From the NCBI GenBank assembly GCA_965655095.1, contig OZ296649.1, positions 49,600,001-49,664,000 of the forward strand: a DNA stretch of 64,000 nucleotides, read 5' to 3'. Of the stretch, positions 26,001 through 41,000 are shown piece after piece. The position numbers and the translations under genes were made by a program. The number at the start of each line of letters is the position of its first letter. Within the stretch, counting starts at the first letter, position 1. Under the pieces are notes generated by a model. The model ran no database searches and was not told where the DNA came from. It was given only the letters and a program-made list of their open reading frames with translations. This DNA comes from Haplodiscus bocki (taxonomy: Eukaryota).

Positions 26001-29000
26001 CCACGGAAAGAACAAAAGCCCTGTAGGTGATTGGTAATTCTACAGGCATATAATCATTACGTTCAAGTCTGTTGATTTGCCTCATCAATTTTTTAGCCGT
26101 TACGCACATGTATTAAATATTTGCGTTGAATCTCTATTTTTCATCAATGATAATTTCCAGTAGTATAATTTCAACGAATTCACTCAAAATTTTTCACGAA
26201 GAAATTAGAAACTTTTACGTTTGAAGTAAATCACGAGCTCTTCTTAAGTATTAGAATTCAGCATCATGCCATTTTGATGATCACACCATTCCAAAATATC
26301 ATCAATCATAAGTTGGTTATACCGTTTATACCATCTTTTCCAGCAAGTAGCGATCGTGAGAGCAGACAAGAAAAACGAGATTTTATACAGTGTCTGGAGA
26401 GTGGCAGCATCATGATGTCGACGAAAGAATGCAAACGCGAAAACCCCCAGACATAGGGTTTTCTACGACGCCATTTCAACAGAACGGAAACGCCAAGGCT
26501 GATGAACCTTTGTTCAAGTTCACTGAGAGCATGGTCGACTATCTGTGTCGGACGGATTATGTGGGTAAGAAGTTGGAGCAGGCCAATACAGTGTATCACC
26601 TAGTTTGTCTTTCAACTTATTACAAAATTTGAAAACTGTACGGTTGCACCACTCACCTTCAGATATCACTGGATTGCAAAAACTATAATTCACTATAACT
26701 GGCGTGTATTCATGATGGCAGTCGTAAAATGTAGCATAAGTGACTGGGTCAATTTATCAACACCGATGAGAAGCTGTGTTTCGCAACACTCGCGGAAACG
26801 CTATACAAGTAAGAAAAGTCATAATCTTTTATTCGCTGGATTCTTTATATAAATTTACTAATTCTCCACCGGCAATGGCACAGACAGCAGAGCATACAGG
26901 ATTTTAGTGGTCGGGACTGGGGACTGAAGGTATTCGATTTGAGCAAGTTCACTGGACAAAGTACTACCAGACTGGAAGATCCGGAGACAGAATTTCATCG
27001 AGGACAGCGTGAGCAATCACTGTACAGCAATTAGAGGCATCAGTTTTGACCTTTACTACAGGAAGAAGCTCAAGAACTTAGTCTCGCTTCTTCAAGGTTG
27101 CCTCAGAAATGTCGAAAGCATCATCATCTGGCACGCCGTGGTAAGTCACTCCTTATCGGCCCACGTCTCCAACAAACAATTCATGGTGTATGAATCGCGG
27201 AACATAATTATTACATTCCAGAACAAAATTCAAGCCATAGTCAACGTATAAAGGATACCCCTACCCGACATCAAACTACGGCTTCGAAAAATACGCATTC
27301 TAATTTTGAACCTTACAACAGATCTGCTCCCAACAAAAGTACAAAAAAATGTTCGAAAGCATACAAATTTGTCACATTCACCGTCCGTTCACCTGGAAGG
27401 CAGCAGGATTTTTCAAGTGGTGATCTAGAACAAGAGCCATTTGTTGTTTGGAGCCTGGTTAAGAAGAGCAGATCAAAAAAAGCAAACCCGCTCTAAAGAA
27501 AATTAGAGAAAGCGGCCAAAATTAAAAAGGTTAATCTTACTTCTGCTTTTCTATCACGTCTCTCCAAATGGTTACCTCAGCAACTGACAAAAATTTAGTA
27601 AGTTGGCTGAAGCTTATGTTTCGTGCTCCAAAAATTCAATTTTATGTTCAAAATTTCCTCCGGATAATGATAAAAAAATAATTAAATAGTATTTAAAATA
27701 AAAAATATGATAATAACAATAATGTTGTCTCAAAAACATCAGACCACGCATCTGATTTAATTATACTTAACAAACCTAGTCAATTATTAGAACAATAAAC
27801 TCAGCAAAAACGCAAAAATCGATTCGGAAAAATGTTGTGCTTGTGAATTTCTGAGGGAGGCACTCCTTCACGCAATCTGGATGTAGAATAAAAATTCATA
27901 GCAGGAATAAATTCGTCGAAAGTCTGATTGCGGCAACAAATATTGTTTAAAAGTGTTTCATCTGCTTGTCGCACTCAGTTTCATACTTGCAGAGTTGCTC
28001 GTAAGACCAGGACGTGTTCCTAGTTACTGAACAATGTCAATTTTACGTACGAAGTGTCGGTGACCCATACCAAACAGTGATTGCAAATGTTACCACGGAA
28101 AGAACAAAAGCCCTGTAGGTGATTGGTAATTCTACAGGCATATAATCATTACGTTCAAGTCTGTTGATTTGCCTCACCAATTTTTTAGCCGTTACGCACA
28201 TGTCTTAAATATTTGCGTTGAATCTCTATTTTTCATCAATGATAATTTCCAGTAGTATAATTTCAACGAATTCACTCAAAATTTTTCACGAAGAAATTAG
28301 AAACTTTTACGTTTGAAGTAAATCACGAGCTCTTCTTAAGTATTAGAATTCAGCATCATGCCATTTTGATGATCACACCATTCCAAAATATCATCAATCA
28401 TAAGTTGGTTATACCGTTTATACCATCTTTTCCAGCAAGTAGCGATCGTGAGAGCAGACAAGAAAAACGAGATTTTATACAGTGTCTGGAGAGTGGCAGC
28501 ATCATGATGTCGACGAAAGAATGCAAACGCGAAAACCCCAGACATAGGGACTTCTACGACGCCATTTCAACAGAACGGAAACGCCAAGGCTGATGAACCT
28601 TTGTTCAAGTTCACTGAGAGCATGGTCGAATATCTGTGTCGGGCGGAATATGGGAGTAAGAAGTTGGAGCAGGCCAATACAGTGTATCACCTAGTTTGTC
28701 TTTCAACTTAATACAATATTTGAAAACTGTACGGTTGCACCATTCACCTTCAGATATCACTTGATTTCAAACTATATTTCACTATAACTGGCGTGTATTC
28801 ATGATGGCAGTCGTAAAATGTAGCATAAGTGACTGGGTCAATTTATTAACACCGATGAGAAGCTGTGCTTCGCAACACTCGCGGAAACGCAATACAAGTA
28901 AGAAAAGTCATAATCTTTTATTCGCTGGATACTTTTTATAAAATTACTGTTTCTCCACCGGCAATGGCACAGACAGTAGAGCATACAGGATTTTAGTGGT

Positions 29001-32000
29001 CGGGACAGGGGACTGAAGGCATTCGATTTGAGCAAGTTCGCTGGACAAAGTACTACCAGACTGGAAGATCCGGAGACAGAATTTCATCGAGGACAGTCTG
29101 AGCAATCACTGTACAGCAATTAGAGGCATCAGTTTTGACCCTTACTACAGGAAGAAGCTCAAGAACTTGGTCTTGCTTCTTCAAGGTTGCCTCAGAAAGG
29201 TCGAAAGCATCATCATCTGGCACGCCTTGGTAAGTCACCCGTTATCGGCCCACGTCTCCAACAAACAATTCATTGTGTATGAATCGCGGAACATAATTAT
29301 TCCATTCCAGAACAAAATTCAAGCCATAGTCAACGTATAAAGGATACCCCTACCCGACATCAAACTACGGCTTCGAAAAATATGCATTCTAATTTTGAAC
29401 CTTACAACAGATCTGCTCCCAACAAAAGTACGAAAAAATGTTCGAAAGGATACAAATTTGTCACATTCACCGTCCGTGCACCTGGAGGGCAGCAGGATTT
29501 TTCAAGTGGTGATCTAGAACAAGAGCCATTCGTTGTTTGGAGCCTGGTTAAGAAGAGCAGATCAAAAAAAAGCAAACCCGCTCTAAAGATAGAGAAAGCG
29601 GCCAAAATTAAAAAGGTTAATCTTACTTCTGCTTTTCTATCACGTCTCTCCAAATGGTTACCTCAGCAACTGACAAAAATTTAGTAAGTTGGCTGAAGCT
29701 TATGTTTCGTGCTCCAAAAATTCAATTTTATGTTCAAAATTTCCTCCGGATAATGATAAAAAAATAATTAAATAGTATTTAAAATAATAAATATGATAAT
29801 AACAAAAATGTTGTCTCAAAAACATCAGACAACGCATCTGATTTAATTATACTTAACAAACCTAGTCAATTATTAGAACAATAAACTCAGCAAAAACGCA
29901 AAAATCGATTCGGAAAAATGTTGTGCTTGTGAATTTCTGAGGGAGGCACTCCTTCACGCAATCTGGATGTAGAATAAATATTCATAGCAGGAATATATTC
30001 GTCGAAAGTCTGATTGCCGCAACAAATATTGTTTAAAAGAGTTTAATCTGCTTGTCGCACTCAGTTTCATACTTGCAGAGTTGCTCGTAAGACCAAGACG
30101 TGTTCCTAGTTACTGAACAATGTCAATTTTACGTACGAAGTGTCGGTGACCCATACCAAACAGTGATTGCAAATGTTACCACGGAAAGAACAAAAGCCCT
30201 GTAGGTGATTGGTAATTCTACAGGCATATAATCATTACGTTCAAGTCTGTTGATTTGCCTCATCAATTTTTTAGCCGTTACGCACATGTATTAAATATTT
30301 GCGTTGAATCTCTATTTTTCATCAATGATAATTTCCAGTAGTATAATTTCAACGAATTCACTCAAAATTTTTCACGAAGAAATTAGAAACTTTTACGTTT
30401 GAAGTAAATCACGAGCTCTTCTTAAGTATTAGAATTCAGCATCATGCCATTTTGATGATCACACCATTCCAAAATATCATCAATCATAAGTTGGTTATAC
30501 CGTTTATACCATCTTTTCCAGCAAGTAGCGATCGTGAGAACAGACAAGAAAAACGAGATTTTATACAGTGTCTGGAGAGTGGCAGCATCATGATGTCGAC
30601 GAAAGAATGCAAACGCGAAAACCCCCAGACATAGGGTTTTCTACGACGCCATTTCAACAGAACGGAAACGCCAAGGCTGATGAACCTTTGTTCAAGTTCA
30701 CTGAGAGCATGGTCGACTATCTGTGTCGGACGGATTATGTGGGTAAGAAGTTGGAGCAGGCCAATACAGTGTATCACCTAGTTTGTCTTTCAACTTATTA
30801 CAAAATTTGAAAACTGTACGGTTGCACCACTCACCTTCAGATATCACTGGATTGCAAAAACTATAATTCACTATAACTGGCGTGTATTCATGATGGCAGT
30901 CGTAAAATGTAGCATAAGTGACTGGGTCAATTTATCAACACCGATGAGAAGCTGTGTTTCGCAACACTCGCGGAAACGCTATACAAGTAAGAAAAGTCAT
31001 AATCTTTTATTCGCTGGATTCTTTATATAAATTTACTAATTCTCCACCGGCAATGGCACAGACAGTAGAGCATACAGGATTTTAGTGGTCGGGACTGGGG
31101 ACTGAAGGTATTCGATTTGAGCAAGTTCACTGGACAAAGTACTACCAGACTGGAAGATCCGGAGACAGAATTTCATCGAGGACAGCGTGAGCAATCACTG
31201 TACAGCAATTAGAGGCATCAGTTTTGACCTTTACTACAGGAAGAAGCTCAAGAACTTAGTCTCGCTTCTTCAAGGTTGCCTCAGAAATGTCGAAAGCATC
31301 ATCATCTGGCACGCCGTGGTAAGTCACTCCTTATCGGCCCACGTCTCCAACAAACAATTCATGGTGTATGAATCGCGGAACATAATTATTACATTCCAGA
31401 ACAAAATTCAAGCCATAGTCAACGTATAAAGGATACCCCTACCCGACATCAAACTACGGCTTCGAAAAATATGCATTCTAATTTTGAACCTTACAACAGA
31501 TCTGCTCCCAACAAAAGTACGAAAAAATGTTCGAAAGGATACAAATTTGTCACATTCACCGTCCGTTCACCTGGAAGGCAGCAGGATTTTTCAAGTGGTG
31601 ATCTAGAACAAGAGCCATTCGTTGTTTGGAGCCTGGTTAAGAAGAGCAGATCAAAAAAAAGCAAACCCGCTCTAAAGATAGAGAAAGCGGCCAAAATTAA
31701 AAAGGTTAATCTTACTTCTGCTTTTCTATCACGTCTCTCCAAATGGTTACCTCAGCAACTGACAAAAATTTAGTAAGTTGGCTGAAGCTTATGTTTCGTG
31801 CTCCAAAAATTCAATTTTATGTTCAAAATTTCCTCCGGATAATGATAAAAAAATAATTAAATAGTATTTAAAATAATAAATATGATAATAACAAAAATGT
31901 TGTCTCAAAAACATCAGACAACGCATCTGATTTAATTATACTTAACAAACCTAGTCAATTATTAGAACAATAAACTCAGCAAAAACGCAAAAATCGATTC

Positions 32001-35000
32001 GGAAAAATGTTGTGCTTGTGAATTTCTGAGGGAGGCACTCCTTCACGCAATCTGGATGTAGAATAAATATTCATAGCAGGAATATATTCGTCGAAAGTCT
32101 GATTGCCGCAACAAATATTGTTTAAAAGAGTTTCATCTGCTTGTCGCACTCAGTTTCATACTTGCAGAGTTGCTCGTAAGACCAAGACGTGTTCCTAGTT
32201 ACTGAACAATGTCAATTTTACGTACGAAGTGTCGGTGACCCATACCAAACAGTGATTGCAAATGTTACCACGGAAAGAACAAAAGCCCTGTAGGTGATTG
32301 GTAATTCTACAGGCATATAATCATTACGTTCAAGTCTGTTGATTTGCCTCATCAATTTTTTAGCCGTTACGCACATGTATTAAATATTTGCGTTGAATCT
32401 CTATTTTTCATCAATGATAATTTCCAGTAGTATAATTTCAACGAATTCACTCAAAATTTTTCACGAAGAAATTAGAAACTTTTACGTTTGAAGTAAATCA
32501 CGAGCTCTTCTTAAGTATTAGAATTCAGCATCATGCCATTTTGATGATCACACCATTCCAAAATATCATCAATCATCAGTTGGTTATACCGTTTATACCA
32601 TCTTTTCCAGCAAGTAGCGATCGTGAGAGCAGACAAGAAAAACGAGATTTTATACAGTGTCTGGAGAGTGGCAGCATCATGATGTCGACGAAAGAATGCA
32701 AACGCGAAAACCCCCAGACATAGGGTTTTCTACGACGCCATTTCAACAGAACGGAAACGCCAAGGCTGATGAACCTTTGTTCAAGTTCACTGAGAGCATG
32801 GTCGACTATCTGTGTCGGACGGATTATGTGGGTAAGAAGTTGGAGCAGGCCAATACAGTGTATCACCTAGTTTGTCTTTCAACTTATTACAAAATTTGAA
32901 AACTGTACGGTTGCACCACTCACCTTCAGATATCACTGGATTGCAAAAACTATAATTCACTATAACTGGCGTGTATTCATGATGGCAGTCGTAAAATGTA
33001 GCATAAGTGACTGGGTCAATTTATCAACACCGATGAGAAGCTGTGTTTCGCAACACTCGCGGAAACGCTATACAAGTAAGAAAAGTCATAATCTTTTATT
33101 CGCTGGATTCTTTATATAAATTTACTAATTCTCCACCGGCAATGGCACAGACAGTAGAGCATACAGGATTTTAGTGGTCGGGACTGGGGACTGAAGGTAT
33201 TCGATTTGAGCAAGTTCACTGGACAAAGTACTACCAGACTGGAAGATCCGGAGACAGAATTTCATCGAGGACAGCGTGAGCAATCACTGTACAGCAATTA
33301 GAGGCATCAGTTTTGACCCTTACTACAGGAAGAAGCTCAAGAACTTGGTCTCGCTTCTTCAAGGTTGCCTCAGAAAGGTCGAAAGCATCATCATCTGGCA
33401 CGCCTTGGTAAGTCACTCCTTATCGGCCCACGTCTCCAACAACAAACAATTCATTGTTTATGAATCGCGGAACATAATTATTCCATTCCAGAACAAAATT
33501 CAAGCCATAGTCAACGTATAAAGGATACCCCTACCCGACATCAAACTACGGCTTCGAAAAATATGCATTCTAATTTTGAACCTTACAACAGATCTGCTCC
33601 CAACAAAAGTACGAAAAAATGTTCGAAAGGATACAAATTTGTCACATTCACCGTCCGTGCACCTGGAGGGCAGCAGGATTTTTCAAGTGGTGATCTAGAA
33701 CAAGAGCCATTCGTTGTTTGGAGCCTGGTTAAGAAGAGCAGATCAAAAAAAAGCAAACCCGCTCTAAAGATAGAGAAAGCGGCCAAAATTAAAAAGGTTA
33801 ATCTTACTTCTGCTTTTCTATCACGTCTCTCCAAATGGTTACCTCAGCAACTGACAAAAATTTAGTAAGTTGGCTGAAGCTTATGTTTCGTGCTCCAAAA
33901 ATTCAATTTTATGTTCAAAATTTCCTCCGGATAATGATAAAAAAATAATTAAATAGTATTTAAAATAATAAATATGATAATAACAAAAATGTTGTCTCAA
34001 AAACATCAGACAACGCATCTGATTTAATTATACTTAACAAACCTAGTCAATTATTAGAACAATAAACTCAGCAAAAACGCAAAAATCGATTCGGAAAAAT
34101 GTTGTGCTTGTGAATTTCTGAGGGAGGCACTCCTTCACGCAATCTGGATGTAGAATAAATATTCATAGCAGGAATATATTCGTCGAAAGTCTGATTGCCG
34201 CAACAAATATTGTTTAAAAGAGTTTAATCTGCTTGTCGCACTCAGTTTCATACTTGCAGAGTTGCTCGTAAGACCAAGACGTGTTCCTAGTTACTGAACA
34301 ATGTCAATTTTACGTACGAAGTGTCGGTGACCCATACCAAACAGTGATTGCAAATGTTACCACGGAAAGAACAAAAGCCCTGTAGGTGATTGGTAATTCT
34401 ACAGGCATATAATCATTACGTTCAAGTCTGTTGATTTGCCTCATCAATTTTTTAGCCGTTACGCACATGTATTAAATATTTGCGTTGAATCTCTATTTTT
34501 CATCAATGATAATTTCCAGTAGTATAATTTCAACGAATTCACTCAAAATTTTTCACGAAGAAATTAGAAACTTTTACGTTTGAAGTAAATCACGAGCTCT
34601 TCTTAAGTATTAGAATTCAGCATCATGCCATTTTGATGATCACACCATTCCAAAATATCATCAATCATAAGTTGGTTATACCGTTTATACCATCTTTTCC
34701 AGCAAGTAGCGATCGTGAGAACAGACAAGAAAAACGAGATTTTATACAGTGTCTGGAGAGTGGCAGCATCATGATGTCGACGAAAGAATGCAAACGCGAA
34801 AACCCCCAGACATAGGGTTTTCTACGACGCCATTTCAACAGAACGGAAACGCCAAGGCTGATGAACCTTTGTTCAAGTTCACTGAGAGCATGGTCGACTA
34901 TCTGTGTCGGACGGATTATGTGGGTAAGAAGTTGGAGCAGGCCAATACAGTGTATCACCTAGTTTGTCTTTCAACTTATTACAAAATTTGAAAACTGTAC

Positions 35001-38000
35001 GGTTGCACCACTCACCTTCAGATATCACTGGATTGCAAAAACTATAATTCACTATAACTGGCGTGTATTCATGATGGCAGTCGTAAAATGTAGCATAAGT
35101 GACTGGGTCAATTTATCAACACCGATGAGAAGCTGTGTTTCGCAACACTCGCGGAAACGCTATACAAGTAAGAAAAGTCATAATCTTTTATTCGCTGGAT
35201 TCTTTATATAAATTTACTAATTCTCCACCGGCAATGGCACAGACAGTAGAGCATACAGGATTTTAGTGGTCGGGACTGGGGACTGAAGGTATTCGATTTG
35301 AGCAAGTTCACTGGACAAAGTACTACCAGACTGGAAGATCCGGAGACAGAATTTCATCGAGGACAGCGTGAGCAATCACTGTACAGCAATTAGAGGCATC
35401 AGTTTTGACCTTTACTACAGGAAGAAGCTCAAGAACTTAGTCTCGCTTCTTCAAGGTTGCCTCAGAAATGTCGAAAGCATCATCATCTGGCACGCCGTGG
35501 TAAGTCACTCCTTATCGGCCCACGTCTCCAACAAACAATTCATGGTGTATGAATCGCGGAACATAATTATTACATTCCAGAACAAAATTCAAGCCATAGT
35601 CAACGTATAAAGGATACCCCTACCCGACATCAAACTACGGCTTCGAAAAATATGCATTCTAATTTTGAACCTTACAACAGATCTGCTCCCAACAAAAGTA
35701 CGAAAAAATGTTCGAAAGGATACAAATTTGTCACATTCACCGTCCGTTCACCTGGAAGGCAGCAGGATTTTTCAAGTGGTGATCTAGAACAAGAGCCATT
35801 CGTTGTTTGGAGCCTGGTTAAGAAGAGCAGATCAAAAAAAAGCAAACCCGCTCTAAAGATAGAGAAAGCGGCCAAAATTAAAAAGGTTAATCTTACTTCT
35901 GCTTTTCTATCACGTCTCTCCAAATGGTTACCTCAGCAACTGACAAAAATTTAGTAAGTTGGCTGAAGCTTATGTTTCGTGCTCCAAAAATTCAATTTTA
36001 TGTTCAAAATTTCCTCCGGATAATGATAAAAAAATAATTAAATAGTATTTAAAATAATAAATATGATAATAACAAAAATGTTGTCTCAAAAACATCAGAC
36101 AACGCATCTGATTTAATTATACTTAACAAACCTAGTCAATTATTAGAACAATAAACTCAGCAAAAACGCAAAAATCGATTCGGAAAAATGTTGTGCTTGT
36201 GAATTTCTGAGGGAGGCACTCCTTCACGCAATCTGGATGTAGAATAAATATTCATAGCAGGAATATATTCGTCGAAAGTCTGATTGCCGCAACAAATATT
36301 GTTTAAAAGAGTTTCATCTGCTTGTCGCACTCAGTTTCATACTTGCAGAGTTGCTCGTAAGACCAAGACGTGTTCCTAGTTACTGAACAATGTCAATTTT
36401 ACGTACGAAGTGTCGGTGACCCATACCAAACAGTGATTGCAAATGTTACCACGGAAAGAACAAAAGCCCTGTAGGTGATTGGTAATTCTACAGGCATATA
36501 ATCATTACGTTCAAGTCTGTTGATTTGCCTCATCAATTTTTTAGCCGTTACGCACATGTATTAAATATTTGCGTTGAATCTCTATTTTTCATCAATGATA
36601 ATTTCCAGTAGTATAATTTCAACGAATTCACTCAAAATTTTTCACGAAGAAATTAGAAACTTTTACGTTTGAAGTAAATCACGAGCTCTTCTTAAGTATT
36701 AGAATTCAGCATCATGCCATTTTGATGATCACACCATTCCAAAATATCATCAATCATAAGTTGGTTATACCGTTTATACCATCTTTTCCAGCAAGTGGCG
36801 ATCGTGAGAGCAGACAAGAAAAACGAGATTTTATACAGTGTCTGGAGAGTGGCAGCATCATGATGTCGACGAAAGAATGCAAACGCGAAAACCCCCAGAC
36901 ATAGGGTTTTCTACGACGCCATTTCAACAGAACGGAAACGCCAAGGCTGATGAACCTTTGTTCAAGTTCACTGAGAGCATGGTCGACTATCTGTGTCGGA
37001 CGGATTATGTGGGTAAGAAGTTGGAGCAGGCCAATACAGTGTATCACCTAGTTTGTCTTTCAACTTATTACAAAATTTGAAAACTGTACGGTTGCACCAC
37101 TCACCTTCAGATATCACTGGATTGCAAAAACTATAATTCACTATAACTGGCGTGTATTCATGATGGCAGTCGTAAAATGTAGCATAAGTGACTGGGTCAA
37201 TTTATCAACACCGATGAGAAGCTGTGTTTCGCAACACTCGCGGAAACGCTATACAAGTAAGAAAAGTCATAATCTTTTATTCGCTGGATTCTTTATATAA
37301 ATTTACTAATTCTCCACCGGCAATGGCACAGACAGTAGAGCATACAGGATTTTAGTGGTCGGGACTGGGGACTGAAGGTATTCGATTTGAGCAAGTTCAC
37401 TGGACAAAGTACTACCAGACTGGAAGATCCGGAGACAGAATTTCATCGAGGACAGCGTGAGCAATCACTGTACAGCAATTAGAGGCATCAGTTTTGACCT
37501 TTACTACAGGAAGAAGCTCAAGAACTTAGTCTCGCTTCTTCAAGGTTGCCTCAGAAATGTCGAAAGCATCATCATCTGGCACGCCGTGGTAAGTCACTCC
37601 TTATCGGCCCACGTCTCCAACAAACAATTCATGGTGTATGAATCGCGGAACATAATTATTACATTCCAGAACAAAATTCAAGCCATAGTCAACGTATAAA
37701 GGATACCCCTACCCGACATCAAACTACGGCTTCGAAAAATACGCATTCTAATTTTGAACCTTACAACAGATCTGCTCCCAACAAAAGTACAAAAAAATGT
37801 TCGAAAGCATACAAATTTGTCACATTCACCGTCAGTTCACCTGGAAGACAGCAGGATTTTTCAAGTGGTGATCTAGAACAAGAGCCATTTGTTGGAGCCT
37901 GGTTAAGAAGAGCAGACCAAAAAAAAGCAAACCCGCTCTAAAGAAAGAGAAAGCGGCCAAAATTAAAAAGGTTAATCTTACTTCTGCTTTTCTATCACGT

Positions 38001-41000
38001 CTCTCCAAATGGTTACCTCGGCAACTGACAAAAATTTAGTAAGTTGGCTGAAGCTTATGTTTCGTGCTCCAAAAATTCAATTTTATAATCAAAAATTCCT
38101 CCGGATAATGATAAAAAAATAATTGAATAGTATTTAAAATAAAAAATATGATAATAACAATAATGTTGTCTCAAAAACATCAGACCACGCATCTGATTTA
38201 ATTATACTTAACAAACCTAGTCAATTATTAGAACAATAAACTCAGCAAAAACGCAAAAATCGATTCGGAAAAATGTTGTGCTTGTGAATTTCTGAGGGAG
38301 GCACTCCTTCACGCAATCTGGATGTAGAATAAAAATTCATAGCAGGAATAAATTCGTCGAAAGTCTGATTGCGGCAACAAATATTGTTTAAAAGTGTTTC
38401 ATCTGCTTGTCGCACTCAGTTTCATACTTGCAGAGTTGCTCGTAAGACCAGGACGTGTTCCTAGTTACTGAACAATGTCAATTTTACGTACGAAGTGTCG
38501 GTGACCCATACCAAACAGTGATTGCAAATGTTACCACGGAAAGAACAAAAGCCCTGTAGGTGATTGGTAATTCTACAGGCATATAATCATTACGTTCAAG
38601 TCTGTTGATTTGCCTCACCAATTTTTTAGCCGTTACGCACATGCCTTAAATATTTGCGTTGAATCTCTATTTTTCATCAATGATAATTTCCAGTAGTATA
38701 ATTTCAACGAATTCACTCAAAATTTTTCACGAAGAAATTAGAAACTTTTACGTTTGAAGTAAATCACGAGCTCTTCTTAAGTATTAGAATTCAGCATCAT
38801 GCCATTTTGATGATCACACCATTCCAAAATATCATCAATCATAAGTTGGTTATACCGTTTATACCATCTTCTCCAGCAAGTAGCGATCGTGAGAGCAGAC
38901 AAGAAAAACGAGATTTTATGCAGTGTCTGGAGAGTGGCAACATCATGATGTCGACGAAAGAATGCAAACGCGAAAACCCCCAGACATAGGGACTTCTACG
39001 ACGCCATTTCAACAGAACGGAAACGCCAAGGCTGATGAACCTTTGTTCAAGTTCACTGAGAGCATGGTCGAATATCTGTGTCGGGCGGAATATGGGAGTA
39101 AGAAGTTGGAGCAGGCCAATACAGTGTATCACCTAGTTTGTCTTTCAACTTAATACAATATTTGAAAACTGTACGGTTGCACCATTCACCTTCAGATATC
39201 ACTTGATTTCAAACTATATTTCACTATAACTGGCGTGTATTCATGATGGCAGTCGTAAATTGTAGCATAAGTGACTGGGTCAATTTATTAACACCGATGA
39301 GAAGCTGTGCTTCGCAACACTCGCGGAAACGCAATACAAGTAAGAAAAGTCATAATCTTTTATTCGCTGGATACTTTTTTATAAAATTACTGTTTCTCCA
39401 CCGGCAATGGCACAGACAGTAGAGCATACAGGATTTTAGTGCTCGGGACTGGGGACTGAAGGTATTCGATTTGAGCAAGTTCACTGGACAAAGTACTACC
39501 AGACTGGAAGATCCGGAGACAGAATTTCATCGAGGACAGTGTGAGCAATCACTGTACAGCAATTAGAGGCATCAGTTTTGACCTTTACTACAGGAAGAAG
39601 CTCAGGAACTTGGTCTCGCTTCTTCAAGGTTGCCTCAGAAATGTCGAAAGCATCATCATCTGGCACGCCGTGGTAAGTCACTCCTTATTGGCCCACGTCT
39701 CCAACAAACAATTCATTGTGTATGAATCGCGGAACATAATTATTCTATTCCAGAACAGAAATCAAGCCATAGTCAACGTATAAAGGATACCCCTACCCGA
39801 CATCAAACTACGGCTTCGAAAAATATGCATTCTAATTTTGAACCTTACAACAGATCTGCTCCCAACAAAAGTACGAAAAAACGTTCAAAAGGATACAAAT
39901 TTGTCACATTCACCGTCAGTTCACCTGGAAGGCAGCAGGCTTTTTCAAGTGGTGATCTAGAGCAAGAGCCATTTGTTGTTTGGAGCCTGGTTAAGAAGGG
40001 CAGATCAAAAAAAAGCAAACCCGCTCTAAAGATAGAGAAAGCGGCCAAAATTAAAAAGGTTAATCTTACTTCTGCTTTTCTATCACGTCTCTCCAAATGG
40101 TTACCTCGGCAACTGACAAAAATTTAGCAAGTTGGCTGAAGCTTATGTTTCGTGCTCCAAAAATTCAATTTTATAATCAAAATTTCCTCCGGATAATGAT
40201 AAAAAAATAATTAAATAGTATTTAAAATAATAAATATGATAATAACAATAATGTTGTCTCAAAAACATCAGACTACGCATCTGATTTAATTATACTTAAC
40301 AAACCTAGTCAATTATTAGAACAATAAACTCAGCAAAAACGCAAAAGCCGATTCGGAAAAATGTTGTGCTTGTGAATTTCTGAGGGAGGCACTCCTTCAC
40401 GCAATCTGGATGTAGAATAAATATTCATAGCAGGAAAATATTCGTCGAAAGTCTGATTGCGGCAACAAAAATTGTTTAAAAGTGTTTCATCTGCTTGTCG
40501 CACTCAGTTTCATACTTGCAGAGTTGCTCGTAAGACCAGGACGTGTTCCTAGTTACTGAAGAATGTCAATTTTACGTACGAAGTGCCGGTGACCCATACC
40601 AAACAGTGATTGCAAATGTTATCACGGAAAGAACAAAAGCCCTGTGGGTGATTGGTAATTCTACAGGCATATAATCATTACGTTCAAGTCTGTTGATTTG
40701 CCTCACCAATTTTTTAGCCGTTACGCACATGTTTTTAATATTTGCGTTGAATCTCTATTTTTCATCAAAGATAAGTTCCAGTAGTATAATTTCAACGAAT
40801 TGACTCAAACTGTTTCACGAAGGTATTAGAAACTTTTACGTTTGAAGTAAATCACGAGCTCTTCTTAAGTATTAGAATTCAGCATCAAGCCATTTTTATA
40901 ATCACACCATTCCAGAATATCATCAATCATAAGTTGGTTATACCGTTTATACCATCTTTTCCAGCAAGTAGCGATCGTGAGAGCAGACAAGAAAAACGAG

